DNA of 64,000 nt, taken from Emiliania huxleyi CCMP1516 (lineage: Eukaryota). The position numbers and the translations under genes were made by a program. The notes below the pieces were generated by a model. It searched no databases and was not told the DNA's origin. It saw only the letters and a list, made by a program, of their open reading frames with translations. This document shows positions 42,866-54,522 of the stretch, one piece after another; within the stretch, counting starts at the first letter, position 1, and every line of letters starts with the position of its first letter. Where the stretch lies: positions 475,660-539,659 of the forward strand of contig NW_005201392.1 of assembly GCF_000372725.1 (NCBI RefSeq), given 5' to 3'.

Positions 42866-43242
42866 GGCGCAGATGGTCGCCGGCGAGCCTGTGACGGAGG
42901 CGGAGGGGGGCGCGAGACTAGCCGAGAGATGTGGCGAGATGCGGCGAGGTGCGGCGAGGTGCGGCGAGGTGCGCCGACAGGTTCGGCCACAGCGCTGTGT
43001 GTTTCCCCGCCGCCCCGATCGGCATGCTCATCGGCCACACCGCGGCCACCGCCGAAGGGGCGGAGAGCCCGTTGCCGCTCGCCTTTAACGCGCTGGCGGC
43101 GGGCACCTTCCTCCAGATGGGCGCAGTAGAGGTGCTCGCAAGCGAGATGATGGGAGGCCACGGCAAGTGCCCCGGCATTGTCAAGTACCTCTTCGCGATG
43201 ATGGGATTTGCCACCATGGCGATCATCGCCAAGTACGCCTAG
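42866..43242 (+). pseudogene. C-terminal fragment of a ZIP zinc/iron transporter
   Basis: APIGMLIG..FNALAAGTFLQMGAVEVL..MMGFATMAIIAKYA; N-terminal two-thirds absent. Confidence 0.65.
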
Positions 43243-43727
43243 GCTCTCTGCCCGCGGCCGCGCCCTGATGACGCTGAGCTGCCGGGCAACAGCTCGGTTG
43301 GGGAGCTCTAGAGGACTAGAGCTCCCTCTCCACACCTTCCTTGCGACAGAACACAGCGAAGTGGAGAAAGTGACTTTGTTGAGTGATTCTGAGATTAGGT
43401 GAGTTGTTTCCCCTTTTTGGAGGCAGACACTTCACTTTTTTCAGAAAGCGAATCCCCCCGGGGCCGCATCTGCCCGCTCGAAGCGGGGAACCCGTCCCGG
43501 GCGCCCGCTCGAAGCTCCCAGCAGCAGCCGCTCTGCTGCTCCGGGGCCCCCCCCCCAGCAGCAGGGACGGGTTAGTGTGAAGTGCAGCTGCAGGGGGCGT
43601 ACTGACAGACCTACTGAGCAATGTGCAGCCGCTCTTGTGGATACGTAAAAAATACGCAGGCTAATTTTGTGTTCCTCCTCAAAAAGGCTCGTCGGGGGGG
43701 TAAAGCCGTGTCGCGTGTCAGGTGTGT

Positions 43728-43912
43728 TCGGAGATAGCCGCGCAGCGGCTATGTAGGTTATCCTTCAACGTGAGGAGAGGGGGACAGCAAGCATAACAAA
43801 ACGTGCGATCCATCCAAATCGCTGTAACGCCGAAAGCACGCGTCGCCGTCGGCTCGCAGCTTCGGGCTGCTTGCTCAACCCAATCGTCCGAGTCGTGCGC
43901 AATCTCGCGTGA
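43728..43912 (-). repeat. Inverted copy of repeat B
   Basis: Reverse complement of 40371-40555 with one mismatch seen. Confidence 0.92.
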
Positions 43913-44169
43913 TGACATCTCGCCCTGATCCCACGCCAGTGGGGCAGGCGCATCATATCGTCGGCGATGGGCCTTTCGAGCCGACGTTCCGCCGCCGAGA
44001 TCTTGCCGAGATCTAGCCGAGATCTGGCCGAGATCTGGCCGAGAGACAGCCGAGAGACAGCCGAGAGACAGCCGAGAGACAGCCGAGAGACAGCCGAGAG
44101 ACAGCCGAGAGACAGCCGAGAGGCAGAACCTTCCGTGAAGTCTATCGGAACCTTCCCTCGGCTGCACCT

Positions 44170-44705
44170 GCGCAGGCCGCCCGCCTCGGCCTTCGCGGCG
44201 CTCTCGCACGTCGCTCGCTGCCCGAGTTGCGGCGAGGTGTGGCGTGTGCCCTCGACGCGGCTTGGGGACGCCGCCGCCCTCGCGCCGCCGTGCAGCTGCT
44301 GCTCAGAGAGGGGCGAGGCGCCGAGGGAGGCGCCGCAGGTGATGGGGCCGATGTGGGTCGGGCCGATGCACGACGCCGACTTCGTGGCGGGGATGCGAGG
44401 CGACGCGGCGGCACGCGGCTGGAGCGAGCCGGACCGGCTGCTCGGCTCCTTCCTGGAGGAGGCGGAGGCGGAGGCGAAAGGCGCCCTCCTCTTCTACCAC
44501 CTTGGGGAGGTGCAGCGCGCGCTCGCCAAGCGGGATCTGCGCCAGCCGCCGCTCGCCGCGCTGCTGCCGCTGCTGCGCGGCGCCGGCGCTTTGGGGCCGC
44601 GCAGGGCCGCAGGCGCACAGCGAGACAAAGTCCCTCAAGACGAGCGCAACGCTCGACGAGGTTGTGCGCGTCGTGTCCGAAGCCAAACACCTCGTCGGCG
44701 AATAG
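44170..44705 (+). pseudogene. C-terminal fragment of a Trm1-like tRNA dimethyltransferase
   Basis: CPSCG..CSCC..GPMWVGPMHDADFV..LFYHL..LKTSA (frameshift at ~44590); no catalytic N-terminal part. Confidence 0.6.
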
Positions 44706-45022
44706 ATACCTGGTCTTTTATTACTTTTATTCGTGGACACACCGCCGACGGTCCGACGCATCAAACAATATCACTCGGCTTTAGAGACCGGACCGAAGTC
44801 TCTTAAACACTCTCACTCTCTCTCTACAACTTTCTCTCTCCGAGACAGCCTGGAGCCTTGGCAGCGCTGGTCTTCGCTTCCGTGGTCCCGTGGAGCAACC
44901 CAGTCCCAGCGAGGCAGAGCAGATACGAGATAGGAGGTGTGTGACGCTAGGAGGCAGCAGTTGCGGCAGAAGGGCGGAGTTGCCCGGCGTGGGCGACGCG
45001 GGCGGTGCCGCTGTTCTCAATA

Positions 45023-45808
45023 CTAGTACGAGAATCCCGCCCCGGTAAAGCGCGAACTGACTTTCTCTACCCGCAGCTGGAGCCCGCCAAAGTCGCTGCC
45101 GTCGAGCGCAAGCACGAATGCGTCCGCGCGCGACCAGTGCTCGAGTTTGACCACCGCATACATCGAGGGTGACCCGTACGAGTTGAGCAAAAAGTCGCAG
45201 CCTTCCACACCGCCCGTGCCGTCTGAGAAATCGACCCCGCCCTCAAAATGCGCTTTCAGCTCTTCCTCCGTCGTTGCGGGCTGCACGTGTCGCACCAAGA
45301 GCAAGCCGGGACCCACACCTAAAAAACGATGCGGCGGCGGCGGAGGTGGACGCGAAGGGAGGGGCACTCTGGTAATCCCTTTGCCCAGACCACTGTCGTA
45401 CTCCCTTGCCACGCCCTCAAAGTCAGAATGGGCTCCGCTGCGGACGCAGTGATTTGCGACGTAGGCAAGGACGACACTGCTGCTGCAGCGGCCGCCGTAC
45501 CTGTATTGGAGGCAGGTGCCATTGTCCGCAGCGGAGAGCAACGACTTCAGGTCCGAGAGGTGAGCCTCATAGTCCTTTGTGAATGCACATTGCGCAAGGA
45601 GCTTGGCGAGTATTTCTCTGCCAGTCAGGGTGCAAGGCTCGCGTCCGCTTTTGCCCAAAAAGCGTCCACCGCCTGGCCCCTCCACACGACGCTGCGCCTC
45701 CTGAACCTGTTCATCAAACGTTGACTGGTCGCTCGGCTCGCAGGTTAGAGTGGTCATCGTAAAATCGCCTCTCCGGTACTTCAAGTTGACACGGACAGAC
45801 GCAGACAT
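45023..45808 (-). CDS. Protein with a C-terminal RRM
   Basis: LLVRHVQPATTEEELKAHF..YAVVKL..ADAFVLALDGSDFGGLQLRVE. Confidence 0.6.
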   Translation of the reverse strand: MSASVRVNLKYRRGDFTMTTLTCEPSDQSTFDEQVQEAQRRVEGPGGGRFLGKSGREPCTLTGREILAKLLAQCAFTKDYEAHLSDLKSLLSAADNGTCLQYRYGGRCSSSVVLAYVANHCVRSGAHSDFEGVAREYDSGLGKGITRVPLPSRPPPPPPHRFLGVGPGLLLVRHVQPATTEEELKAHFEGGVDFSDGTGGVEGCDFLLNSYGSPSMYAVVKLEHWSRADAFVLALDGSDFGGLQLRVEKVSSRFTGAGFSY

Positions 45809-45869
45809 CTCGCTCGCTCGGGGGCGGGGGCGAGTAATCAGACGCACACATTCAAAGAAATTACTTTGC

Positions 45870-46350
45870 GGGTGCCGTCCTCCCATCCCTCCAAAATCCC
45901 TGTGTGGTGGCGGCGTGCCGTTCTCCCATCCCTCCCTTGGGGTGTGTGTTTTCTTTCTTTCTTTCACCCCTCCCTTGGGTTGTCTGTTTTCTTTCTTTCT
46001 TTCTTTTAAGGGGGGGGGGGGCATAGACATACCAGGTTATTAGACTTGGGAAGAGGTTCCTCCTTTCCGCTCCCCCCCCCCCCGCAAGGCGCGAGACACT
46101 TAGACCCACTTTATCGTAAACTGGATGGTCTAATCTGGTTCGTCTCTTGGATGGAGCGCCGCCACCACCACCCAGAGCGATGCAAGCAGCGCCGGGCCTT
46201 GATACGAAAGTCGAAACCAACCACGACGAGTCACGACACACACCAGTCGACTCGCATCGGTTGCCTCCATCCATGAACGGCGGAGCTATTCTCGCGTCCA
46301 CACCACACCTGGCTCCAACGTGGACACGCCCATAGCTGGGGACACTAACT
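45870..46350. repeat. Dispersed repeat: module W plus inverted module Z
   Basis: Matches 1934-2010 directly and 4705-4840 in reverse. Confidence 0.8.
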
Positions 46351-46580
46351 ACACAGACACACACACACATAAGCGGCGGGCGCCGCTCAAGGATTCAAAC
46401 TGTGAGCGCTTGAACGCTCCGCCCAGATCCGCGTTCGCCTTTTTTTTGAGCCTAGGCCTTGTGCGATTATTCGCCTCGGCCTCGACCGCGCTCGCATCGC
46501 GCGCCGCGCCAGCACCCTCCCTTATCGGTGCAAAGCACGCGTGCTACAGCCGGCGAGCTCGGCTTGCACAATCGCCCGCA

Positions 46581-47582
46581 ATGACGTTGGCAAACTCACT
46601 CGCTCTTGCGCTGCTGGAGGCGGTTTGCTCTTCCTCGGCGCGCCTCGTCCCGCTCGTGCTCCTTCTTCTGGCGGATCGCTGCGAGGCCGCGGGCACGGTC
46701 TGCGACAACAGCGTGTCATGCTACGGTTACTTCGACTGGCCCTACCAGAGTGTACGACACCATTACGGCACATCTCTGTGCGACGGCACCTTCAGGGGCA
46801 CCGAGGTGAACCTGAAGAACCAAGGGCTGTCGGGGACGATCCCTTCGCAGCTGGGCAACATATCGCAGCTGACGTACCTTAATCTGAACGGCAACTCCAT
46901 CTCGGGCACCATCCCTCCAGATACGAGCAAGCTCTCGCAGCTGCACTCTCTTTACCTGTACGACAATGACTTCTCGGGCACCATCCCTCCGGATACGGGC
47001 AAGCTCTCGAAGCTGACTACGCTTAGTCTGCACAGCAACTCCATTTCGGGCACCATCCCTCCGGAGATTGGCGGGCTCTCGCTGGATCATCTTGCCCTGT
47101 ACAACAATGACATCTCCGGAACCGTGCCGTCGCAGCTCAACAACTTGCCGCTGATCGGACGTGCCTGGGTGACGTTCTGCTTGCTGGGCGGCACAAACCA
47201 CTTTGCCTGCCCCCTGCCCGCCCTTCCCAACGTCTGCACCTCGGGCTCGCGCTTCCCTCCGGAGTGCAACTACCTCGGAGTGCAGACATCGGGAGGCGGC
47301 ACCGCTCTCGACCTCTCCAGCCGCGGCCTCACCGCGGGCTCAATCCCAGCTGAGCTGGCCGACCTCCGGAGGCAACTACCTGGACTGCGGACCCTCGACC
47401 TGCGCGACAACCAACTCGCGTACCCGCGCAGCAGCGAAGCCCGCGTCGAGTACGATCTTGCCACCCGCATCGACTCAACGCTCAGCCAGGAGCTCCCGCA
47501 CGCGCTGGCGCGAGTCATGGCGCATGCAACGCTCAACAATGATCGCCTCGCCTCGCGCAAATGCGACCGTCCTCGCAGCTGA
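46581..47582 (+). CDS. Secreted plant-type LRR protein
   Basis: Hydrophobic N-terminus; repeats LxxLxLxxNxISGTIP; C-cap NHFACPLP. Confidence 0.85.
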   Translation: MTLANSLALALLEAVCSSSARLVPLVLLLLADRCEAAGTVCDNSVSCYGYFDWPYQSVRHHYGTSLCDGTFRGTEVNLKNQGLSGTIPSQLGNISQLTYLNLNGNSISGTIPPDTSKLSQLHSLYLYDNDFSGTIPPDTGKLSKLTTLSLHSNSISGTIPPEIGGLSLDHLALYNNDISGTVPSQLNNLPLIGRAWVTFCLLGGTNHFACPLPALPNVCTSGSRFPPECNYLGVQTSGGGTALDLSSRGLTAGSIPAELADLRRQLPGLRTLDLRDNQLAYPRSSEARVEYDLATRIDSTLSQELPHALARVMAHATLNNDRLASRKCDRPRS

Positions 47583-47789
47583 CAGTCCACCGCCTGCTAA
47601 AGAAGCACAGCGACGAATGCGGCACCGGCGACGCATGGCAGGCTGGTCATGACGCAGTTATACGGGTGTTGTGTGCCGTCAGAGTGACTCTCTGTGTGTC
47701 AGGGATAGTCAGGGCCGTCCATCAGAGCTCCAGTAAGCTCGGAGACACCATTAGCGCGGCTCGACCTCGAGTCACTGCCTTCCCAGCGG

Positions 47790-48005
47790 TTTGGCTGTAT
47801 AGAGCCTCTACAACAAACTCTCTCTACAGCAAAATCGCGCTCTACATCGCTCTACATCGGACTCACATCGTCACACCGCTCTACATCGGACTCACATCGT
47901 CACGCGCCGGATGTAGAGCTCTACAGCTCTACAGCGCTCCAGAGCGCTCTACATCTCTACATCTCTACAGCGCTCTACACTCTACATCCTCTACACCCAT
48001 CACCC
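47790..48005. repeat. CTCTACA-rich repeat, possibly a MITE remnant
   Basis: More than 10 copies of ctctaca; no clean TIR or TSD. Confidence 0.6.
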
Positions 48006-48008
48006 TCC

Positions 48009-48160
48009 CTCACTCAGCCGCACATCCAGGTTCCAGGACCGGGGAGCTTAGAAGCGCACGGCACTTGGAGCACTTGGAGTGCAGTCATTAACCTCACATC
48101 CAGGGCCGAGGAGCTAAGAAGCGCACCCAGCGAGCCGGATGATCGGTATGGGGCTACTGG
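48009..48160 (+). repeat. Module X, preceded by a partial duplicate of itself
   Basis: 48061-48150 matches 16673-16760; 48020-48059 repeats cacatccagg..ggagct.agaagcgcac. Confidence 0.85.
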
Positions 48161-48222
48161 CTACAGAGTTTGGCGTCTTTTGTGCCGGTTCGCACAGCTG
48201 CGTCCCACCCCACACACAGGAC

Positions 48223-51200
48223 ATGCCGAGCGCCCAGAAGATATTCACCGACGACCTCGTCGTCAAGGGGGAAGAGATCGGGCTCGTCGAGCGGGCCCCC
48301 AACTCGTCGGACGACGAGGACGAGGACGACGAGGACATCGACGACATCATCGACGACAACGCCGGCGGCGACAAGCTGGCGCCGGGCTCCGCGCGGGTGC
48401 ACTGGTCGACGCAAGAGGCGCCGACGACCGAGTACATAAGCGAGCTGCGGCTGGCCGACCGTGTGTTCTTGCTGGGGGACATCGTGTCGCGTACGGACGC
48501 ACAGCTGGGGCAGACGGGCATAGTCACCGGCATGCGCATGTTTTGCGACGTCCGCTGCGCCGACGGCCTCGTCCTGCGGCGCGTCGCGACTGAGCTGCTG
48601 CGGCCGCTCGCCGCGTGCCGTCCGGGCGCACTCGTCTTGCACTCGCAGGTGCGCCGGGGGGCCCTTGGTCCCGCCTCCCCGAGGGGAGAGAGGTCTGCTA
48701 TGCGCGAGGGGCGGGGGGAGGGGGGAGGTGGCGGCGCGGCGAGGCGGCGGAGCCGTCCCAAAGACATGCTTGGCAGAGAGGGGCCGCAGCGGGCCGGATC
48801 GCGCCCCGCCCCGTTCCAACGCCCCTCCCCCCCCCGCTCCACGCAGGCGCGGTGGCTGGGCCGCGTGGACGAGGTGTACGACAACGTGCAGCTCGCGTGG
48901 GAAGACGGCGCCAGCTGCAAGGTGATGCGAACGAGCGCTAACTCACTCGCCGTCCACTCCCCCACGATGGACGAGCAGACGTGGTTCTGGCCGTCGATGA
49001 GCGTCTCGGGCACGCGCGACACGCTGCGCCGCGCAAAGTGGCTCAAGGGGTCGTTCCGTGCGCCGTACGCCAACGAGCACGCAACCGTCTCCAAGGTCCA
49101 TGCGGCGCAGGCGCTGGTCCGCTGGCTGGCCGCCATCCCGTCGGAAGGCAGCGAGCCCGCGGCCTCGATCGAGCCGCCCGCCGAGATGCAGCGGCCGTCG
49201 CGCCTCATCGAGCTGCTCGACCACCACGCGCGCCGCTGCTGGCGGCTGGGAGAGCACGCTGCTCTCGGCGCCGAGGACCTGCTCCGCCTCCGAGACGAGG
49301 CTGAGGCGGCGGCGGCCGGCGGCGGCGCCGACGGCGGCGGCGGCGCCGACGGCGGCAGCCAGCCCGGCGGCGCGAAGAAGTCTCGCAAGAAGAAGGTTGC
49401 GCCGAGCGACGCGTGCGTCGAGGTGGTTGGATGCCACACGCGCGTGGACGTGCACTGGCAGGATGGCAAGCGCACGGCGGACGCGGAGGCGGCTGCCCTC
49501 GCGAGAGAGAGAGGAGATGCAGCCGAGATGCAGCCGTGATATAGCCGAGATGCAGCCGAAATGCAGCCGAGATGCAGCCGGGGTGCGAGATGATGCAGCC
49601 GAGAAGCTGCCGAGGTGTGCAGCCCCGCGCCTGCGCATTGCGCGCGAGCGTCCACGATTCGTGGGTGATCCAGCTCGCGCCGCCGTCGTCTCGCAGGCGG
49701 TCACTCTGGCGCCGGCGAAGCATGTCGACGGCTACTACGAGTTTTGGCCGCAGGACTTTGTGGTTCGCAAGGGCGCCGCGGAGGGCGAGGCGCAGCAGGT
49801 CGGGGTGGTCGTCTCCGTCGACCACGACGAGCGGATCGCGGTCGTGTCGTGGCGGCTGAACGACGCCGAGGCGGCGCGCGCCATGCTCTACGCCAACGCC
49901 GCCGACGCCGCCGACGGCGAGGGCGCCGCCGCGCAGGCCGAGCACCGGGGAGAGGTGGTGCCTAATTAGCTAATGATGACTGGCTGATTGAGACTGACTC
50001 GTTCGTCAGGCCGAGCAGCGGCGAGAGGTCGTGCCTGTGTACGACATCGCGCCGCACCCTGACTTCAACTTCAAGGTTGGCGACGTGGTGCTGCGGCTGC
50101 CGTCGATCCCGGACCCTGGGGAGGGGGAGGGGTCGGCGTCGGCCGACGGTGCCGCAGAGGCGGCGGCCCCAATGGAGGAGGCTGCGGCGGGCGGGGCCGG
50201 GCAGGACTCGCTCTCGGGCCTCTTGCTCACGCGAGCCACGCGTTGGGCCGCGAGCCTCGCGGGCGGAGCTGCGGCCGCCGCCGCCGACGAGGATGAGGAG
50301 GGCGCGCCGACGGGCGACCCCGAGGAGGGCGGCTTCACCGCGCTGCGGTGGGTGGGTGAGGTCAAGGAGATCGGGCCGTCGGTGCGCGTCAAGTGGATGG
50401 ACGGGCGCGTGTCGCGCGCGGCGGCGGAGACGCTGTACGTGGTCAACACCGAGGAGGACGACGAGCCGCTCGAGGAGGACGCGGCGTCCTTCGACGAGGG
50501 CGACGAGGGCGAGTCGCGCGGCGGCCTCGCCGGCGACGGCAGCGAGGGCTCGTCCGGTTGGGAGACGGTCGATTCGGACGGCGAGGGCGACGCGCAGGGC
50601 AGCGGGGAGGAGGCGGATGCTGTCGACGACGGAGAGGAGGAGCGAGAGGGCGGCGAGCAGGGGGCGAGTGGCGACGGCCTTCACGAGCCACTCGACGCCA
50701 CGCGCGCGATTGCGGCGATCGAGAATGCCGAACGGGCGCTGATCGAGGGGGGGGGGGAGGAGGAGGAGCAGGGGCACGCGGCCGCCGAGCCGGCCGAGCC
50801 GAGCGCGTCGCAGATGGAGGCTGAGGCCGGGGAGGGCGGCGAGCGCGTGCTTCCCGAAAAGGCGCGGCGGGAGCTCGCCAAGCACTTGCGCGCGGTGACG
50901 TCGCAGTCGGCGCGGCAGTGCGAGAAGGCGCTGCAGGCCAACGGCGACGACATCGAGCGCGCCACCGCCTGGCTCATCTCGCAGGCCGAGGCTGCGAGCA
51001 AGGCGTCGCCCGCTGCGGCGAGGAGGCTGATCGCGCAGGCCGACGCTCATCTCGCAGGCGAGGCCGACCCGCGGGTGGCTGCAGCGAGCAGTCAAGCCCA
51101 CAGCGACGAGGAGGACTACGCCACCGCGGACGAGCTCGATGTCGAGGCGCCGGCCGGCGCGCCGAGGGGTGGAGGAGGAGGGGCGGGCGCGGCGGGCTCC

Positions 51201-52681
51201 GCAGGCGCGGCGGGCGCGGGCGGCAGGGGCGGAGACGCGGCGGGCGGGGGCGGGGACGCGGCGGGCGGCGCGGCAGACGCGGCGGACGGGGACGCTGGCG
51301 GGGCGCCGGCCGAGGGCGAGGACGAGTTTTCGCACCGCGCCATCGAGGCTGCGGGCATCGAGCAGTTCCGCGTGGTGGACGACGAGGACGCGCTCGAGTT
51401 GGGCCCGCCTCTGCGTTTGGTGCTCCGACCTGAGTGAGTGTCTCCACCCCTCATAGGACGGGCTCGACCTCACCTCGTTCCACACATACGCGACGCACTC
51501 GCCCTTTGCCTCGCCGCCCTCGGGCTCGGCGGCCGCGACAGCGCCGTCTGCGGCGAGCTCGTCCTCCTCCACCGCCGACGGCGGCGGCACCGGCGGCGGC
51601 GGCACCGGCGGCGGCGCCCCCACGCAGCCCGTGTACCCTCCCAATTTCGGGAAGGTTGCTCAGAAGCAGTGGAAGCTGCTCGCGAGCGGCCTCCCCCGCG
51701 GCATCTACGTCGTCGCCTTCGCGTCACGCACCGACCTCCTCCGTGCCCTCGTCATCGGCCCGCCGGGCACCCCGTACCAGGACGCTGTCTTCGTCTTTGA
51801 CCTCCAGCTGCCGCCCGAGTTCCCGACGCAGCCGCCGGCGGTGCACTACCTGTCGTACGGGGAGCGCATCAACCCGAACCTGTACGAGAACGGCAAGGTC
51901 TGCCTCTCGCTCCTCGGCACGTGGACCGGCCGCCAGTCGTGCGAGCTGTGGAACCCGCAGTCGTCGACGGTGCTGCAGGTCCTCGTGTCGATCCAGGCGC
52001 CCCCCCCCCGACACCCTGACACCCACCCCCCACCCACCTTTCAGACCCACCCGGTACCCCCCCCACCACCCACCCCAACACCTATCCCAACACCCACCCT
52101 CCTCCACCCGCCACCCACCCACCCAAGACATCTCAGCCGGGCGTGGACGGACATGTCCCGGACCCTTCCTCTAGGCGTTGGTGCTCTGCGAGCAGCCGTA
52201 CTACAACGAGGCCGGATACGAGCGGCAGCTGGGCACCTCGGACGGCGCGCACCACGCGCGGCGGTACAACGAGGGCGCCTTGCTCCTCTCGCTCAAGTCG
52301 ATGACGACGACGCTCCGCAACTCGGCGCCGCCCTTTGACGCGCTGGTCGCGCTGCACTTTGCCGCGGCGTCGTCGCGCATCCTCGCGCGCTGCGCCTCCC
52401 TGCTGCGGCTCAAGGGGCCCCTCGAGCGAGCCGCCCTCGGCGGCGGCGGCAAGGCGGCGGCGGTGGCGCCCGCCCCCGCCAGCGACGAGGCGGCCGCGCC
52501 CGACACCAGCGGTGCGGCGGCGTCCGGGCCGGAGGGCGGCGACGCGGTCGCCGCAGCGGGGCTCAAGGGCGTGCTCAACGCGAAGCCGACCCTCGGCTTC
52601 CTGCACTCGCTCGACCGGATGGTGCCACCGCTGCGCGCCGCCTTTGAGGGCGCCCAGCGAGCCGGCAGCAGCAGCGCGTGA
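48223..52681 (+). CDS. UBE2O / plant UBC23-24-like E2-E3 hybrid ubiquitin-conjugating enzyme (multi-exon)
   Basis: LADRVFLLGDIV..GQTGIVTG; WLGRVDEV; VDVHWQDG; EFWPQDFV; VYDIAPHPDF; UBC: LLRALVIGPPGTPYQD..RINPNLYENGKVCLSLLGTW..PYYNEAGYE. Confidence 0.9.
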
Positions 52682-53557
52682 CCGCCCGCGTCGCCATGGG
52701 CAGGTTGGGGCCTGCGGGGGCCGCGGGCGCGCGCAAGGAGAAGGGCACCAGTGCACTCCGGGCGTGTCTGATGGGCTCGCCTGGGCGTGGTGTGTGCGCG
52801 CGTCGGACGGCGGGAGAGCGGTGCCAGATCGAGGTTGACGTCCGCTTCCTTCGTGTGTGACGACGTATGTGCGTGTGGCGCGCGCTCCAACACGCCCCGA
52901 CGAGCAACGTGCGCGGCGTGCGGCCGTTTTGTGCTTAGTTTTGCGCGGCCGCTCGCGCGTCGCGGGGATGTGGAGCGTGGATGATATCGTTCCGTTTATC
53001 CCGGGGAGCTACGAGTCGCGCTCGTAATTAACCAACATCCTGTACGGGGGCCGGGGCCCCGGCCCGCGCCCCCCGCGCGCGGTGCGCGGACGGCCCGCGC
53101 CACTCACCTGCTCAGCCCTAACTATTGGAGCTGTTTTTCCATATATATTAATTTTCAATAACAAAAACAACATTTTCCGTGGTCCTTGTTTATGTATGTA
53201 AAGAGTGAGTGCAGTCGAGAGGACAGGGGAGGGACGCGGCCAGAAAGAGCCTAAGAGGGCGGGCGCCGAGTTACGAGACCCCCCGTGTCCGCCGCGACGC
53301 GTCGAGACGAAACGAGCTGAGCCGCGCTCCACACGCCTCCACGGCCCGCCCCGGGGCGGTTCAGATCACACACTCGCTACGCGTGCGGTGTGGGCCCCCC
53401 GATATGGCGATATGCCATATGGGAGGAGATCGGGGAGTGCGAGTGGCACGAGAGCGTCCCCCGACAAAAGAAAGGCACCTGACACATTTGGAACGCTCAT
53501 TTTGACGTACACAGTATAGTGCTGAGAACTGCGTCCGCCGCGGTGCGGGGGGCCGCC

Positions 53558-54451
53558 TCACAGGTCGAGGAACCGCTGCCGCGGGGGAAGGCCCTCGTTG
53601 ATATACACGGGCGAACCGTCCCGAACCAGCTGCGCCGCGATCCGGGCAATGTTGCGCGAGTCGTCGATGCCAGAGTGCAGCCGGCCCTCGAAGCGCATGC
53701 CTTGCCGCTCGAGCATCTTGGCGATCTTGCAGCGGCGCACCTTGTAGTGGTCGGCAAACAGCTGCTTGAGGTTGACCCACTTGTCAAAGTACTCCGCCTT
53801 TGGGATGCCCTTGCGCGAGCACTCGCCGTCGACAAAGAACTGGCAGTCAAAGTGCCCGTCCGTGCCGAAGGCGAAGCTGCGCGCCTCGGCCGTGTTGACG
53901 AGGCCGCGCTCGCGCAGCCAGCCGTCGAACTCGCGCAGCACCGCATCTAGCGGCGGCGCCGCATCGACCTGCTCCTGCGTGATTCCGGTGAGCTTGCGGC
54001 AAAACGGCGTGAGAGTCTGGTTGGCTGTCGGGCGCACAAAGGAGTGGAACTCGTGCTCGACCTGCAGCGTGCGCAGGTTGAGCGCCACCACAGGGAACTC
54101 GATGATCTCGTGCTCCCACGGGCGGCCGCGCGCGTCGCAGGTCGCCTCCACGTCCAGCACCAGCAGCCACTCAAACGGCAGCGCATGCGCGTCGGCGAGA
54201 GGCCTCGCCTCGCGGAGCACTGCGCCCTCCTGGCGCGCTCGCTCCTTGGCCTCCCCGCGCTTGCGACGCGCGCTCCGCTTCGCCAGCGGCGCCGCGCGCG
54301 ACTCTCGCACCAGCTCGACGAGAGCGACCCGCTGCGGCGCGCCCTGCGACACCGCGGCGCACGGCACGCCCGCGCGGACGCGGACGGCCTGTGGCGGCTG
54401 CAGTCGAAGCGCCACGAAGCCCAGGCTGAGGGCCGTCAGAGCGAGCCACAT
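53558..54451 (-). CDS. ERI1/ERI3-like DEDDh 3'-5' exonuclease with an N-terminal signal-like leader
   Basis: LVLDVEATC..EIIEFP..FHSFVRP..LTGITQEQVD..TDGHFD..HSGIDDSRNIA. Confidence 0.9.
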   Translation of the reverse strand: MWLALTALSLGFVALRLQPPQAVRVRAGVPCAAVSQGAPQRVALVELVRESRAAPLAKRSARRKRGEAKERARQEGAVLREARPLADAHALPFEWLLVLDVEATCDARGRPWEHEIIEFPVVALNLRTLQVEHEFHSFVRPTANQTLTPFCRKLTGITQEQVDAAPPLDAVLREFDGWLRERGLVNTAEARSFAFGTDGHFDCQFFVDGECSRKGIPKAEYFDKWVNLKQLFADHYKVRRCKIAKMLERQGMRFEGRLHSGIDDSRNIARIAAQLVRDGSPVYINEGLPPRQRFLDL

Positions 54452-54522
54452 GGGGGCCGACCTCGCGGGTCTAGAGACAGTGTTGTCGTGCGCGGCTGCC
54501 TAGCTCAGATTCGCGCAAAGAA

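Noticed and set aside
53030..53530. AT-rich/GC-rich mosaic that looks like a TE remnant (likewise 43390-43720 and 17780-18000)
   Set aside because: No second copy, TIR or TSD in this window to support a call.
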